This document shows, in pieces, positions 7,855 to 16,813 of a stretch of DNA of 45,086 bases. The position numbers and the translations under genes were made by a program. The stretch's first letter is position 1. Every line of letters begins with the position of its first letter. Origin of the DNA: Planctomycetota bacterium (GTDB lineage: Bacteria > Planctomycetota > Planctomycetia > Pirellulales > UBA1268); the NCBI GenBank assembly GCA_046047895.1, contig JBJOHE010000412.1, forward strand, positions 1 to 45,086, written 5' to 3'. The notes under the pieces are model-generated. The model was not told the origin of the DNA, did not search any database, and saw only the letters and a list, made by a program, of their open reading frames with translations.

Positions 7855-10791
7855 TCAGGTGTTCTCCTCGGCGGCATGCGGGCCCCGCCAGGCAGTGGCG
7901 AGGGCGGTGAGCGAGGCGTGGCTTGTCGCGCCTGACGAGGTCACGATCTCAAGCGTGGGTTCGGCGCGGACTTCGCCGATAAACGCCCAGGGCAGGTCGC
8001 CGATCGCCTCGGTGAATGCCCGCTCGCGATCGGGCGGCACCTCGCAGAGGAACCGGCCGGGCGACTCGCCAAACGCGATCGCCAGATCCCGTTCGGGCCC
8101 GGCCAGATCGACGCCCGTCTCGAAGGGCACGTCGGCCAGATTGAGCCGGGCCCCGAGCAGTCCGCCGATCGCCATCTCGGCTGCGGCGGTGAGCAGGCCG
8201 CCGTCGGAGACGTCGTGACAGGCCAGAACGCTGCCGCTGGTCTGGGCCCGGGCCACCGCGTGGATGCTCGCCCGGCAGGCGTCGGGATCGACGCGGGGGA
8301 TCGGTCCGCCGGCCACCCGGCCGGTGAGTGCGAGCTGGCTGCCGGCCGTGGCCGGCAGCGAGAGGCCCACGATGGCGAGCCGACTTCCCGCCCGCTTGAA
8401 ATCGGGCGACACGCTCCGCCGCACGTCGGGCACCTGGCCGAGCGCCGTGGCCAGGAGCGTGGGCGGGATCGAGATCTCGTGGTGATGACCGGTGGAGTCG
8501 GTGTAGGAAAAGACGTTGTTGAGGCTGTCCTTGCCGCTCACGAAGGGCGCGGCGAACGCCACGGCAAGGTCGTGGCAGGCCCGGCAGGCTTCCACGAGCG
8601 TGCCGAGCGAGTCTGGCCGGCGGGTGTCGCCCCAGCAGAAGTTGTCGAGCAGTGCGATCCGGTCGGGATCGGCACCGGCGGCCACGGCGTTGGCGATTGC
8701 CTCCACGATCCCGCCAGCAGCCATCTGATAGGGATCGAGCGGGCCGATCCGATGCCGAAGCCCCACCCCCACGGCGATGCCGCGGTCGCGACCGAGCACG
8801 CCACGGATCACGGTGCCGTCGGCTGGGCCTTCGCCCGGCCCCAACAGCGGCTTGGTCACGCTTGCGCCCTGCACCTCGTGGTCGTATTGGCGGATGATCC
8901 ATTCCTTGCTCGCCACGTCAGGCAGGGCAAGGACATCGAGCAGCGTGGCGGCAAGGTCACCGCGGGGCTGCCAATGGGCGGGTTCCTCGGCCGGCGGAAC
9001 GAACCGTGCAAGGAGCGTCCGCCGCGGCCGGCCCTCGTGAAGGAAGTGGCAGTCGAGTTCGCCGGCGAGCTGCCCCTGCCAGCGGAGCACGAGCCGACCC
9101 GAGCCGGTGAACCTGCCGATCGCCGACACCTCCACGCCCTCGGCCTCGGCGGCGGCGGCGAGTCGATCCCAGTCGGCGGGCGGCACGGCCAGCACCATCC
9201 GCTCCTGGGCCTCCGAGATCCAGACCTCCGTGGCGGAGAGGCCGGCATACTTCAGCGGCACGCGATCGAGGTCGACCTCGGCCCCGAGGGTCGCGGCCAT
9301 TTCGCCGACGGCGCTCGAGAGCCCACCCGCACCGCAGTCGGTGATCGCATGGAAGAGCCGCTGCCGCGCGGCCTCGAGCACAAAGTCGGTGAGCGTCTTC
9401 TCGTGGATCGCATGGCCGATCTGCACCGCTCCGCCCGATTCGGTCTCGCTCTCGCTCGTCAGTTCGATGCTTGAAAAGGTGGCGCCGTGGATGCCGTCGC
9501 GGCCGGTGCGGCCGCCGGCCACGACGACGAGGTCGCCCGGCTGCACCGTCGCGTCGGCGCTGCCCCGTGGCATGATTCCCACGGTGCCACAGAAGACCAG
9601 CGGGTTGCCCACGTAGCCGGGATGGAAGGCCACGGCACCGGCGATCGTGGGAATGCCCATCCTGTTGCCGTAGTCCCGCACCCCGGCCACGATCCCGGCC
9701 AACAGCCGCCGCGGAGGGATGACGCCCGGGGGCAGGTCGGCCGCCGGCGTCTCTTCAGGCGCCACGCAGAACACGTCGAGATTGGCGAGCGGCTTGGCCG
9801 CCAGCCCCGTGCCGAGCACGTCGCGGATCACGCCTCCCAGCCCGGTGGCTGCACCGCCGTAGGGCTCGATGGCCGAGGGATGATTGTGGGTCTCCACCTT
9901 GACGCAGATGTCATGGTCGCCGTCGAACCGCACCACCCCCGAGTTGTCGCGGAACACGCTCACGCACCAGTCGCCCGAGCCGAGCGACCGGCGGATGTGC
10001 TGGGTGGCCGCGAAGACGGTTTCCTTCAGCAGGTTGCCGAAGTGAACCCGGCCGGCCGGACCTTCGTGGTCGACCGGGCTGGTGAGCGTCTTGTGACAGC
10101 AGTGCTCGCTCCAGGTCTGGGCGATCGTCTCGAGTTCGATCTCGAGCGGTGGGCGGCCGAGGGCGGCAAAGTGATCCCTGATCGCATGGAGTTCGGCCAC
10201 GGAGAGGGCCAGGCAGCGGTCCCGGGAGAGCTGCTCGAGCGCCGCATCGGCCAGCCCATCCAGCGGCACGGGCTCGCTCGTGAAGCTCCAGGTGCCGCCG
10301 CCGGCGAGCGAGCGAATCGCGAGCGGCCCGATCACCACGTCGTGGATCGCATCGTTGGCCAGGAGCCGGGAGGCGAGCGCGGCTGCGACCGCCTCGTCCA
10401 TCGGCGGCAGCCAGTATTTCCGGAGGCTGCGAACCGCCGCTCCGGGGTGGCCCAGACCGGCCAGGGCCTCGGCCGCTGTCAGGCCCGCGGGGTCGGTCAC
10501 CCCTGGCCGCGGGAGCACATGCACCACGGTCGGCAGTCCGTCACGGGCCGCCGTGAGCGCCGGGCTGCCGGCAGCGTCTGCCATGAAGGTCTCGCTCACA
10601 GGGTCGGCGAGGAGCACTGCCGCGATTCGGTCGATCGCCGGCCGATCGAGGTCGCCTTCCACAAGCCAGCCGGCGGCCGTGCGGGCCGCCGTGCATTCGG
10701 TCAGGCCGAGTTCTCGGGCGGCTGCGATGAGCTGCCGGGCGGCATGGTCGCCGGTGGCGTCGGTGAGTGAGACGTCAACTTCCCAGAGCAT
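7855..10791 (-). CDS. purL: Phosphoribosylformylglycinamidine synthase subunit II with two N-terminal PurS-like modules (PurS-PurS-PurL fusion)
   Basis: The body is PurL/AIR-synthase-like (WSEHCCHKT, VETHNHPSAIEPYGGAATG, GKDSLNN). The first ~200 aa contain two PurS-like segments (WEVDVSL..., VVHVLPRPGVTDPAG...). I prefer the ATG at 10791; an in-frame GTG exists at 10809. Confidence 0.9.
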   Translation of the reverse strand: MLWEVDVSLTDATGDHAARQLIAAARELGLTECTAARTAAGWLVEGDLDRPAIDRIAAVLLADPVSETFMADAAGSPALTAARDGLPTVVHVLPRPGVTDPAGLTAAEALAGLGHPGAAVRSLRKYWLPPMDEAVAAALASRLLANDAIHDVVIGPLAIRSLAGGGTWSFTSEPVPLDGLADAALEQLSRDRCLALSVAELHAIRDHFAALGRPPLEIELETIAQTWSEHCCHKTLTSPVDHEGPAGRVHFGNLLKETVFAATQHIRRSLGSGDWCVSVFRDNSGVVRFDGDHDICVKVETHNHPSAIEPYGGAATGLGGVIRDVLGTGLAAKPLANLDVFCVAPEETPAADLPPGVIPPRRLLAGIVAGVRDYGNRMGIPTIAGAVAFHPGYVGNPLVFCGTVGIMPRGSADATVQPGDLVVVAGGRTGRDGIHGATFSSIELTSESETESGGAVQIGHAIHEKTLTDFVLEAARQRLFHAITDCGAGGLSSAVGEMAATLGAEVDLDRVPLKYAGLSATEVWISEAQERMVLAVPPADWDRLAAAAEAEGVEVSAIGRFTGSGRLVLRWQGQLAGELDCHFLHEGRPRRTLLARFVPPAEEPAHWQPRGDLAATLLDVLALPDVASKEWIIRQYDHEVQGASVTKPLLGPGEGPADGTVIRGVLGRDRGIAVGVGLRHRIGPLDPYQMAAGGIVEAIANAVAAGADPDRIALLDNFCWGDTRRPDSLGTLVEACRACHDLAVAFAAPFVSGKDSLNNVFSYTDSTGHHHEISIPPTLLATALGQVPDVRRSVSPDFKRAGSRLAIVGLSLPATAGSQLALTGRVAGGPIPRVDPDACRASIHAVARAQTSGSVLACHDVSDGGLLTAAAEMAIGGLLGARLNLADVPFETGVDLAGPERDLAIAFGESPGRFLCEVPPDRERAFTEAIGDLPWAFIGEVRAEPTLEIVTSSGATSHASLTALATAWRGPHAAEENT

Positions 10792-11623
10792 CGCGGGTGT
10801 CCTTGGCACGGGAGAGGAGCGAGGTGAGGCGGCGGCGATCGCCCGCCTCGATGGCGGCGAGCAACCGGGCGGCGGCGGTGTTGATCCGACGCAGCGCGGC
10901 GGCCACTGCCGGAGCGTTGTCGAGCAGGATGTCGGCCCAGAGTTCGGGGTCGCCGGCGGCGATGCGGGTGGTGTCTCGCCAGCCGCCTGCGGTGAAGGGC
11001 AGGGCCGCCGGGGGCGTGGCGGCTGCGATCGCGGCGGCGATCAGATGGGGCGCGTGGCTCGTGGCCGCCACGAGCTTGTCGTGTTCACGGGGCGGCATCA
11101 GATAGACCGTGCTGCCGAGCGCCGACCAGAATTCACCGATGGCGGCGGTATCTTCCGGCGGCGTCGCCTTGGCGGGCGTGACCACCACCACCCGACCATT
11201 GAAGAGGTCGCCGTCGGCGGCCTGCGGACCACGGCGATGGCTGCCCGCCAGGGGATGAGCCGCCACGAACCGCCCGCGGCGGCTGCGTCGCTTCCGCTCC
11301 CACGCGGCCACGATCGAGCCCTTGGTGCTGCCGGCGTCGGTCAGCAGCGTGCCGGGGCGAACGACCGCATCGACTCGGTCGAGCAGCTGCGGGATCGCGG
11401 CCACGCTCGCGGCGACGAGCACGAGATCGGCGTCGGCCGCAGCCTCCGGATCGAGCGAGATCTCGGTCACGGCTCCGCTTCGCCGCGCCTCATCGAGCGA
11501 TGCCTGGGAGCGGCCGATTCCCACCACCTGCCGGGCCAGGCCGCGGCCCAGAAGCGCCCGGCCCACCGACCCTCCGATCAGCCCCACGCCGACGATCGCA
11601 ACGGAATTCCAGGGGGGATTCAT
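10775..11623 (-). CDS. tyrA: Prephenate/arogenate dehydrogenase
   Basis: The ATG at 11623 gives MNPPWNSVAIVGVGLIGGSVGRAL (Rossmann GxGxxG). Also present are HPLAGS, REHDKLVAATSHAPHLIA and GGWRDTTRIAAGDPELW. The 180-aa upstream extension in the track is Arg/Pro-rich junk. The stop at 10775 overlaps the purL start by 17 nt. Confidence 0.85.
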   Translation of the reverse strand: MNPPWNSVAIVGVGLIGGSVGRALLGRGLARQVVGIGRSQASLDEARRSGAVTEISLDPEAAADADLVLVAASVAAIPQLLDRVDAVVRPGTLLTDAGSTKGSIVAAWERKRRSRRGRFVAAHPLAGSHRRGPQAADGDLFNGRVVVVTPAKATPPEDTAAIGEFWSALGSTVYLMPPREHDKLVAATSHAPHLIAAAIAAATPPAALPFTAGGWRDTTRIAAGDPELWADILLDNAPAVAAALRRINTAAARLLAAIEAGDRRRLTSLLSRAKDTRDALGS

Positions 11624-11754
11624 GGGCGGGAGGGACGGGGCGGGGAAAGTCCCGGGTTTGTACCACACGCCCTCCCGGGATGTGAGCGGGCCCGGGGAAC
11701 GCCGGTTCCGGAGGGGTATGATGCGAGTGGAGCCGACACGGAGTCGATGCCGAC

Positions 11755-12657
11755 ATGAAGGCCATGGCGATCGTTTCTCGAGACTGCTTCGGGCACCGGT
11801 GGGTCGCCGTCGTGGCGGCGCTGGCCGTGGCCGGCGGCGGGCTGTTGCGGGCTGCCGATGCCGAGCCGGCGGTCCCGAGCCATGCCGACCGGATGGCCGC
11901 CCTCGGCTGGATCCGGTTTCGCGGAGCCTGGCGAACCGCCCAGGAGATCGAACTGCTCGAGCGGGCGGAAGCGGCGAACCTGGCTGAGAAGCAGTGGAAC
12001 CAGCGACTGACGCGGCTTCGAGGCCAACTCGACCAGCCCCGCGTCGCCGACCAGGCCGCCGAGGAGCTCCGCGAGATTTCGGATCCGCATGCCGTGCCCG
12101 CTCTTGCGTCTGCCCTGGCGACTGAGCCGGTCTTTCAGGTGCGGGCCTGGTATGTGGAGTCACTCGCCCGAATCCGCTCCCCGGCCGCGTACCAGACGCT
12201 CGTGGCCGTCGCGCTCGACCATCCCGATCCTGAAACCCGGTTCGTCGCCGTCGAGCGGCTCGAGGTGATCGGACCGCAGCAGGCCGTGCCGGGGCTGGTG
12301 GCGGGCCTGGTCGGCGGCACCCCGGACCGGATCAACCGGGCGGCCGAGGCGCTGGGCCGACTCGGCGACCGGTCGGTGATCCTGCCGCTCGTCTCCGTGC
12401 TCGAGACGCGGCAGGTGGTGACCGCGGCCGGGCCACCTCCCGGCTCCACGAGTGCCACGTTTTCTCCCACCGGCGGCAGCGGGCTTTCGATGGGCGGCGG
12501 CCCGAAGCAGCAGGTCGTGATGGTGCGAAATGAGCGGGTGCTCGAGGCGCTCGTGGCGCTCACCGGAGTGGACTTTGGCTGGGATGCCGCCGCTTGGAGG
12601 CATTGGTTTGCCAGCGAGCGACAGCCACCGGCCGACTTCGATCCCCGGCGTGGCTGA
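11755..12657 (+). CDS. Secreted HEAT-repeat protein
   Basis: ATG at 11755. A signal-like N-terminus (WVAVVAALAVAGGGLLRAADA) is followed by repeated HEAT/PBS-lyase-like units (DPHAVPALASALA..., HPDPETRFVAVERLEVIG, AAEALGRLGDRSVILPLV). Confidence 0.75.
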   Translation: MKAMAIVSRDCFGHRWVAVVAALAVAGGGLLRAADAEPAVPSHADRMAALGWIRFRGAWRTAQEIELLERAEAANLAEKQWNQRLTRLRGQLDQPRVADQAAEELREISDPHAVPALASALATEPVFQVRAWYVESLARIRSPAAYQTLVAVALDHPDPETRFVAVERLEVIGPQQAVPGLVAGLVGGTPDRINRAAEALGRLGDRSVILPLVSVLETRQVVTAAGPPPGSTSATFSPTGGSGLSMGGGPKQQVVMVRNERVLEALVALTGVDFGWDAAAWRHWFASERQPPADFDPRRG

Positions 12658-12691
12658 CGTGGGCGAACGCCGCGGCCCGGCCGCCTCCGGT

Positions 12692-14053
12692 TCAGGCCGC
12701 CCGACCGGCAGGGGCGGCCGCTGATCGCCGACGGGGGAACCAATCGGCGTCGAGCACGAGCAAGGCCACGCGATTTTCGAGATTGGGCCGGAAGACGACC
12801 AGCAGCAGGACCGGCAGCCACCAGGCCATGAACAGCCCGCCGTTCTGGGCCTTCCAGAACTGCGTGCCCAGCAGCACCGCGGCGGTGCAGCTCATCAGGG
12901 TGCCGAGGTTTTTGGGAGCGGGCCAGATCGCCAGCGTGGCCATCATCGCGATGAAGGCGGCCAAGACTGGCAGCCGGAAAACGCCGTCGTTCGAGGGCAG
13001 GGCCCAGAAGCCCTCGAGCGAGACATCGTTGGGGAAGATCCAGCCGAACATCTGCCGCAGCTGACCCACGAAGACCTCGGCGTCGGGCGAGGTGAACCAG
13101 AGCGCCACCACGAGCACCGCCAGCGACGCGGTCACCCCGAGGGCGAATCGCCGCACGCCCCGCTCCCAGTAGAAGCTGCACCACAAGGGCAGGAGGAAGA
13201 CCGGATAGTAGATCGTGCCGATCGCCAGCCCGATCAGGCCGCCGGCGACGATCGGATTGCGGTAGGCGGCGATCGCCCAGATCACGAGTGCTCCCGGCAG
13301 CACGTGATCGACGCTGCAGTTCATCCAGGCGGTGTAGGGCATCAGCAGGTAGAGCACGGCCGCGGCGATGCCTAGCCTGGTGTTGTCGAAGTGCCGCCAG
13401 CCGATCAGCACCATGCCCGCCACGATCGCCAGCTGGGAGATGATCGCCATGACGCGGGCTGTGGTTTCATGGAGCTGCCGGCGGGAGGCGTCGACGGATT
13501 GAGGTTCGGCGTCGTCGCCCGGCGTGAGGAACGGCCGGGTGGAAATCTGCGGCAGGAGAAACAGGAGCGGATAGCCGGGGCCGTGCTTGGCCAGTTGGTC
13601 GACATTCACCTCGGCGGCCCGGGCTCCGAGCTGCTCGGCGGCTGCGGCGCTCTCAACATCCTGCCGCTGCGGCTTGGAGTTGATCACGTTCGCCAGCAGG
13701 AACACGAGCAGCGAGCCCCCGAGAAACACGAGCCCCCCCGGCGTCAGGTTCGGTTCGAGCATCGGCCGGCGGACCATCATCGAGTCGAACAGCATCCGCA
13801 CCAGGAAGATCGCCGAGACGGCGAAGATCCAGGCGAAGCCCAGGGTGCGGGCCGCGACCTTGGCCGACTCCGTCTCGCCGACGTACTCCAGGGCCAGGAG
13901 TCCTGGCGCGAGCAGCACCAGCCCGAGCAGGTCGAGGTTGCGGATGCTCCAGACCCGGTTGAACTTGAAGAATAGCGCGATCGAGAGGAGCGACGCCAGA
14001 TAGAACCAGGTCGTGAGGCGAACCGGGTAATACTGGAACAGGATTTCGCTCAT
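12692..14053 (-). CDS. Polytopic integral membrane protein, function unknown
   Basis: I prefer the ATG at 14053 (MSEILFQYYPV...). At least 9 hydrophobic segments are visible, plus one ~90-aa polar loop. I recognised no family; it lacks exosortase-like motifs. Confidence 0.7.
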   Translation of the reverse strand: MSEILFQYYPVRLTTWFYLASLLSIALFFKFNRVWSIRNLDLLGLVLLAPGLLALEYVGETESAKVAARTLGFAWIFAVSAIFLVRMLFDSMMVRRPMLEPNLTPGGLVFLGGSLLVFLLANVINSKPQRQDVESAAAAEQLGARAAEVNVDQLAKHGPGYPLLFLLPQISTRPFLTPGDDAEPQSVDASRRQLHETTARVMAIISQLAIVAGMVLIGWRHFDNTRLGIAAAVLYLLMPYTAWMNCSVDHVLPGALVIWAIAAYRNPIVAGGLIGLAIGTIYYPVFLLPLWCSFYWERGVRRFALGVTASLAVLVVALWFTSPDAEVFVGQLRQMFGWIFPNDVSLEGFWALPSNDGVFRLPVLAAFIAMMATLAIWPAPKNLGTLMSCTAAVLLGTQFWKAQNGGLFMAWWLPVLLLVVFRPNLENRVALLVLDADWFPRRRSAAAPAGRAA

Positions 14054-14115
14054 GCGGCATCCGGGAAGAAGGACCGATCGGCCGGTGCAGCCTACGCAGC
14101 CGGCCCCGGCCATGC

Positions 14116-14136
14116 AAAAGCCGCCCGCCCGGCGGC
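14116..14136 (-). terminator. Intrinsic terminator candidate downstream of the SLC13 permease gene
   Basis: The minus strand reads TGA-gccg-GCCGCC-gggcg-GGCGGC-TTTT. This is a perfect 6-bp GC stem with a 5-nt loop and a U4 tract, starting 4 nt after the stop codon. Confidence 0.45.
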
Positions 14137-14140
14137 CGGC

Positions 14141-16018
14141 TCAGCGTGCCAGCGGCCAGATCAACGGGGCCAGCAGGATCGTGATCGCCATCACGACCAG
14201 GTTGAGCGGTCCGCCAAACCTGAGATAGTCGGTGAACTTGTATCCGCCGGGGCCGTAGATCATCAGGTTCGTCTGGTACCCGAGCGGGGTGGCGAATCCG
14301 CAGCTCGCGGCCACCGTGATCGCCATCACGAAGGGGAGCGGGTTGACCCCGAGCTGCTCGGCCGTCTGCCAGGCGATCGGAAACGTGAGCACCGCGGCCG
14401 CGTTGTTGCTCAAGAGTTCAGTCGTCAGCATCGTCACCAGGTAGACCGTCGCCAGCACCAGCCGGGGATCGTTACCCGCGGCCGTCACGGCCGCCTCGGC
14501 GATCGAGCCGGCCAGGCCGGTGGTCTGCATCGCCCGGGCCAGGCCGAAGCTCGCCGCGATCAGCAGGAGCGCCTCCCATTCGATCGCCCGGCGAGCCTCG
14601 TTGGAGGCGAGGCAACGGGTGGCGATCATCAGCCCGGCGGCGGCGAGCGCCGCCGTCACCATCGGCACCAGGCCGAACGCCACGGCCAGCACCATGCCGG
14701 CCACGATCGTGCAGGCGATCCAGGCCCGGTCGTGCCGCGGGGAGGCCGCCCCGCTCACCTCGCTGACAAGGTAGAAGTGGCGGCTGGTCCGCTGGCGGTG
14801 GATGAAGGCGGGACCGGCCTCGAGCAGGAGGGTGTCGCCGGGCTGAAGCGTGATGTCACCGATCTTCTTCCGCAGCCGCTCGCCGTCGCGGGCCACCGCG
14901 ATCACCACCGCCCCGTAGGTCGAACGGAAATTCCCCTCGCGGATCGTGCGGCCCACCAGGGGGCAGGTGGCCGAGACCACCGCCTCGACGAGCACCCGCT
15001 CGCTTCGCGGGTCATCCAGCTTGAAGACCTGGTCGGTCGCGGGGCGGAGGCCGCGAACCTTCTGCAACTCCACCACGGAGTCGATCACCCCCACGAACAC
15101 CAGCCGATCCCCTGCCTCGAGCCGCTCGGTCGGCGAGACGGCCGCGATCACATGGCCGTCGCGGTCGATCTCCATCAGGAACAGGCCATCGAGCCGCCGC
15201 AGCCCGGCCTTCTCGATCGTGCGGCCCACCAGCGGACTGCCCGGCTCGACCACCATCTCGAGCGAATACTGCCGCGGATCGTCGCTGGTGCTCATCGGTG
15301 GGCGGCGATCCTTGAGCAGGAACCGGCTGGCGGTCACGCTGTAGACGATGCCGGCTGCGAACAGCGGCAGCCCCAGCCAGGTGATGTCGAACATGCCGAG
15401 CGGGCCGTGAAATTCCCGCAGGCCGCCCCAGGCCGCGGGAATGCCGGCCCAGGTGAGGTCGAGCCGGCCCCAGGGGCGGTCGAGGCCGGCGGCGATCCGG
15501 TCTTCCACCAGCCCGGCCACGATCACGTTGGTGCTCGTGCCGATCAGCGTGCAGAGGCCGCCCAGCACCACCGCCGCATTCATCGGCATCAGCAGCTTCG
15601 AGACGCTGAGCTTGTTCTTGCGAGCCCATTCGCGGATCGCCGGCACGAGCAGGGCCACGACCGGGGTGTTGTTCATGAAGGCCGAGAGGATGCCCGGGCC
15701 GATCATCGTGCGGAGCTGGGCCTGGGTGAGCGATCGCGGCCGGCCCAGCACCCGCTCCACGAGCACGGCCAGGGCGCCGGTGCGTTCCACCCCGGCCGCC
15801 ACCACGAACAGCGCAGCCACCGCGATCATCCCCTCGTTGGCCATCCCCTTGAGCGCCTCGGCCGGCCCGAGCACGCCGGCAAGCAGGAGCACGACCACGC
15901 CCCCGAGCATGATCATGTCGGGGGCCCGCTGGATGAAGAGCAGGCCGCAGAGCGTGCCGATCATCACCGCCGCCGTGAGCACGGCCTGCCAGTGCTCGAG
16001 GAGGTGGTCGAAGGGCAT
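14141..16018 (-). CDS. SLC13/DASS-family anion permease with two central TrkA-C (RCK C-terminal) domains
   Basis: The ATG at 16018 gives MPFDHLLEHWQAVL.... Also seen: FMNNTPVVALLVP, LIGTSTNVIV, two TrkA-C-like segments (VEPGSPLVGRTIEKAGLRR..., SATCPLVGRTIREGNFRS...) and a second transporter half (SNNAAAVLTFPIA). The 1,032-aa track ORF is an artefactual 5' extension. Confidence 0.85.
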   Translation of the reverse strand: MPFDHLLEHWQAVLTAAVMIGTLCGLLFIQRAPDMIMLGGVVVLLLAGVLGPAEALKGMANEGMIAVAALFVVAAGVERTGALAVLVERVLGRPRSLTQAQLRTMIGPGILSAFMNNTPVVALLVPAIREWARKNKLSVSKLLMPMNAAVVLGGLCTLIGTSTNVIVAGLVEDRIAAGLDRPWGRLDLTWAGIPAAWGGLREFHGPLGMFDITWLGLPLFAAGIVYSVTASRFLLKDRRPPMSTSDDPRQYSLEMVVEPGSPLVGRTIEKAGLRRLDGLFLMEIDRDGHVIAAVSPTERLEAGDRLVFVGVIDSVVELQKVRGLRPATDQVFKLDDPRSERVLVEAVVSATCPLVGRTIREGNFRSTYGAVVIAVARDGERLRKKIGDITLQPGDTLLLEAGPAFIHRQRTSRHFYLVSEVSGAASPRHDRAWIACTIVAGMVLAVAFGLVPMVTAALAAAGLMIATRCLASNEARRAIEWEALLLIAASFGLARAMQTTGLAGSIAEAAVTAAGNDPRLVLATVYLVTMLTTELLSNNAAAVLTFPIAWQTAEQLGVNPLPFVMAITVAASCGFATPLGYQTNLMIYGPGGYKFTDYLRFGGPLNLVVMAITILLAPLIWPLAR

Positions 16019-16195
16019 CGGGCGGGCTCCGGAAACCGGGCCTGGGCCGCCCGATGGCTGCCTGCACTTTGCTCGTGGGCGGGAGGGGATGCAAGGCCAG
16101 ATGCCGTTGGGCCGGGCCCGCCGCTGACGGCCGCGACAGTTCTGGGGTAGCCTGCTCGGGGCGGAACCGCCGCCGTAGACCCGCGAGGAGCAGCC

Positions 16196-16813
16196 ATGAA
16201 CGACCCGGCCGCTGAAGCACGGTTTTCCGACTATTACGCCGCCCCGTCGCGGCCTCCCTGGGAGATCGGCCGGCCGCAGGCGGCGTTTGTGGCGGCCGCC
16301 GGCGAGATCGGCCCGCGGGTGCTCGACATCGGCTGCGGCACGGGTGAACTCGCCATCTGGCTGGCCGGGCAGGGAAGGACCGTGACCGGGGTCGACTTCC
16401 TCGCCGAGCCGCTCGAGCGGGCCCGGGAGAAGGCGGCCGCCGCCGGAGTGGCCGCGACGTTTCTCCAGATGGACGCGCTCGCCGTGGGGGAGATTCCGGA
16501 GCGGTTCGACGCCGTCACCGACTGCGGACTGTTTCACATCTTCGACGATGCCGGTCGGGCGGCGTATGTCAACTCGCTGCGCACGCTGCTCGAGCCCGGA
16601 TCGCGGGCCTTCGTCCTCTGCTTCTCGACGGCCGAGCCCGGCACCCACGGGCCGCGACGGGTAAGCGATGCGGAACTTCGGGCCGCCTTCACGGACGGCT
16701 GGGAGGTCGAGTCGATCGAGCCGGCGCGGTTCGAAGTGGTGCCGGGTATTCCCGGGGCGGAGTTTTCCCCCGGGGGCGCTCAGGCCTGGTTCACGCAGGT
16801 CAGGCGGGTGTGA
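16196..16813 (+). CDS. Class I SAM-dependent methyltransferase
   Basis: ATG at 16196 with GAGGAG 5 nt upstream. The SAM-binding motif VLDIGCGTGELAIWLA is followed by an acidic-loop VDF. Confidence 0.85.
   Translation: MNDPAAEARFSDYYAAPSRPPWEIGRPQAAFVAAAGEIGPRVLDIGCGTGELAIWLAGQGRTVTGVDFLAEPLERAREKAAAAGVAATFLQMDALAVGEIPERFDAVTDCGLFHIFDDAGRAAYVNSLRTLLEPGSRAFVLCFSTAEPGTHGPRRVSDAELRAAFTDGWEVESIEPARFEVVPGIPGAEFSPGGAQAWFTQVRRV

Noticed and set aside
8215-10770. Two long plus-strand ORFs (419 and 427 aa).
   Set aside because: Both are antisense to purL, whose identity is unambiguous. The translations are Arg/Gly/His-rich junk.
11624-12163. 180-aa N-terminal extension of the tyrA ORF.
   Set aside because: It is Arg/Pro-rich and overlaps the start of the divergent HEAT-repeat gene. 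The Rossmann fold begins right after the ATG at 11623.
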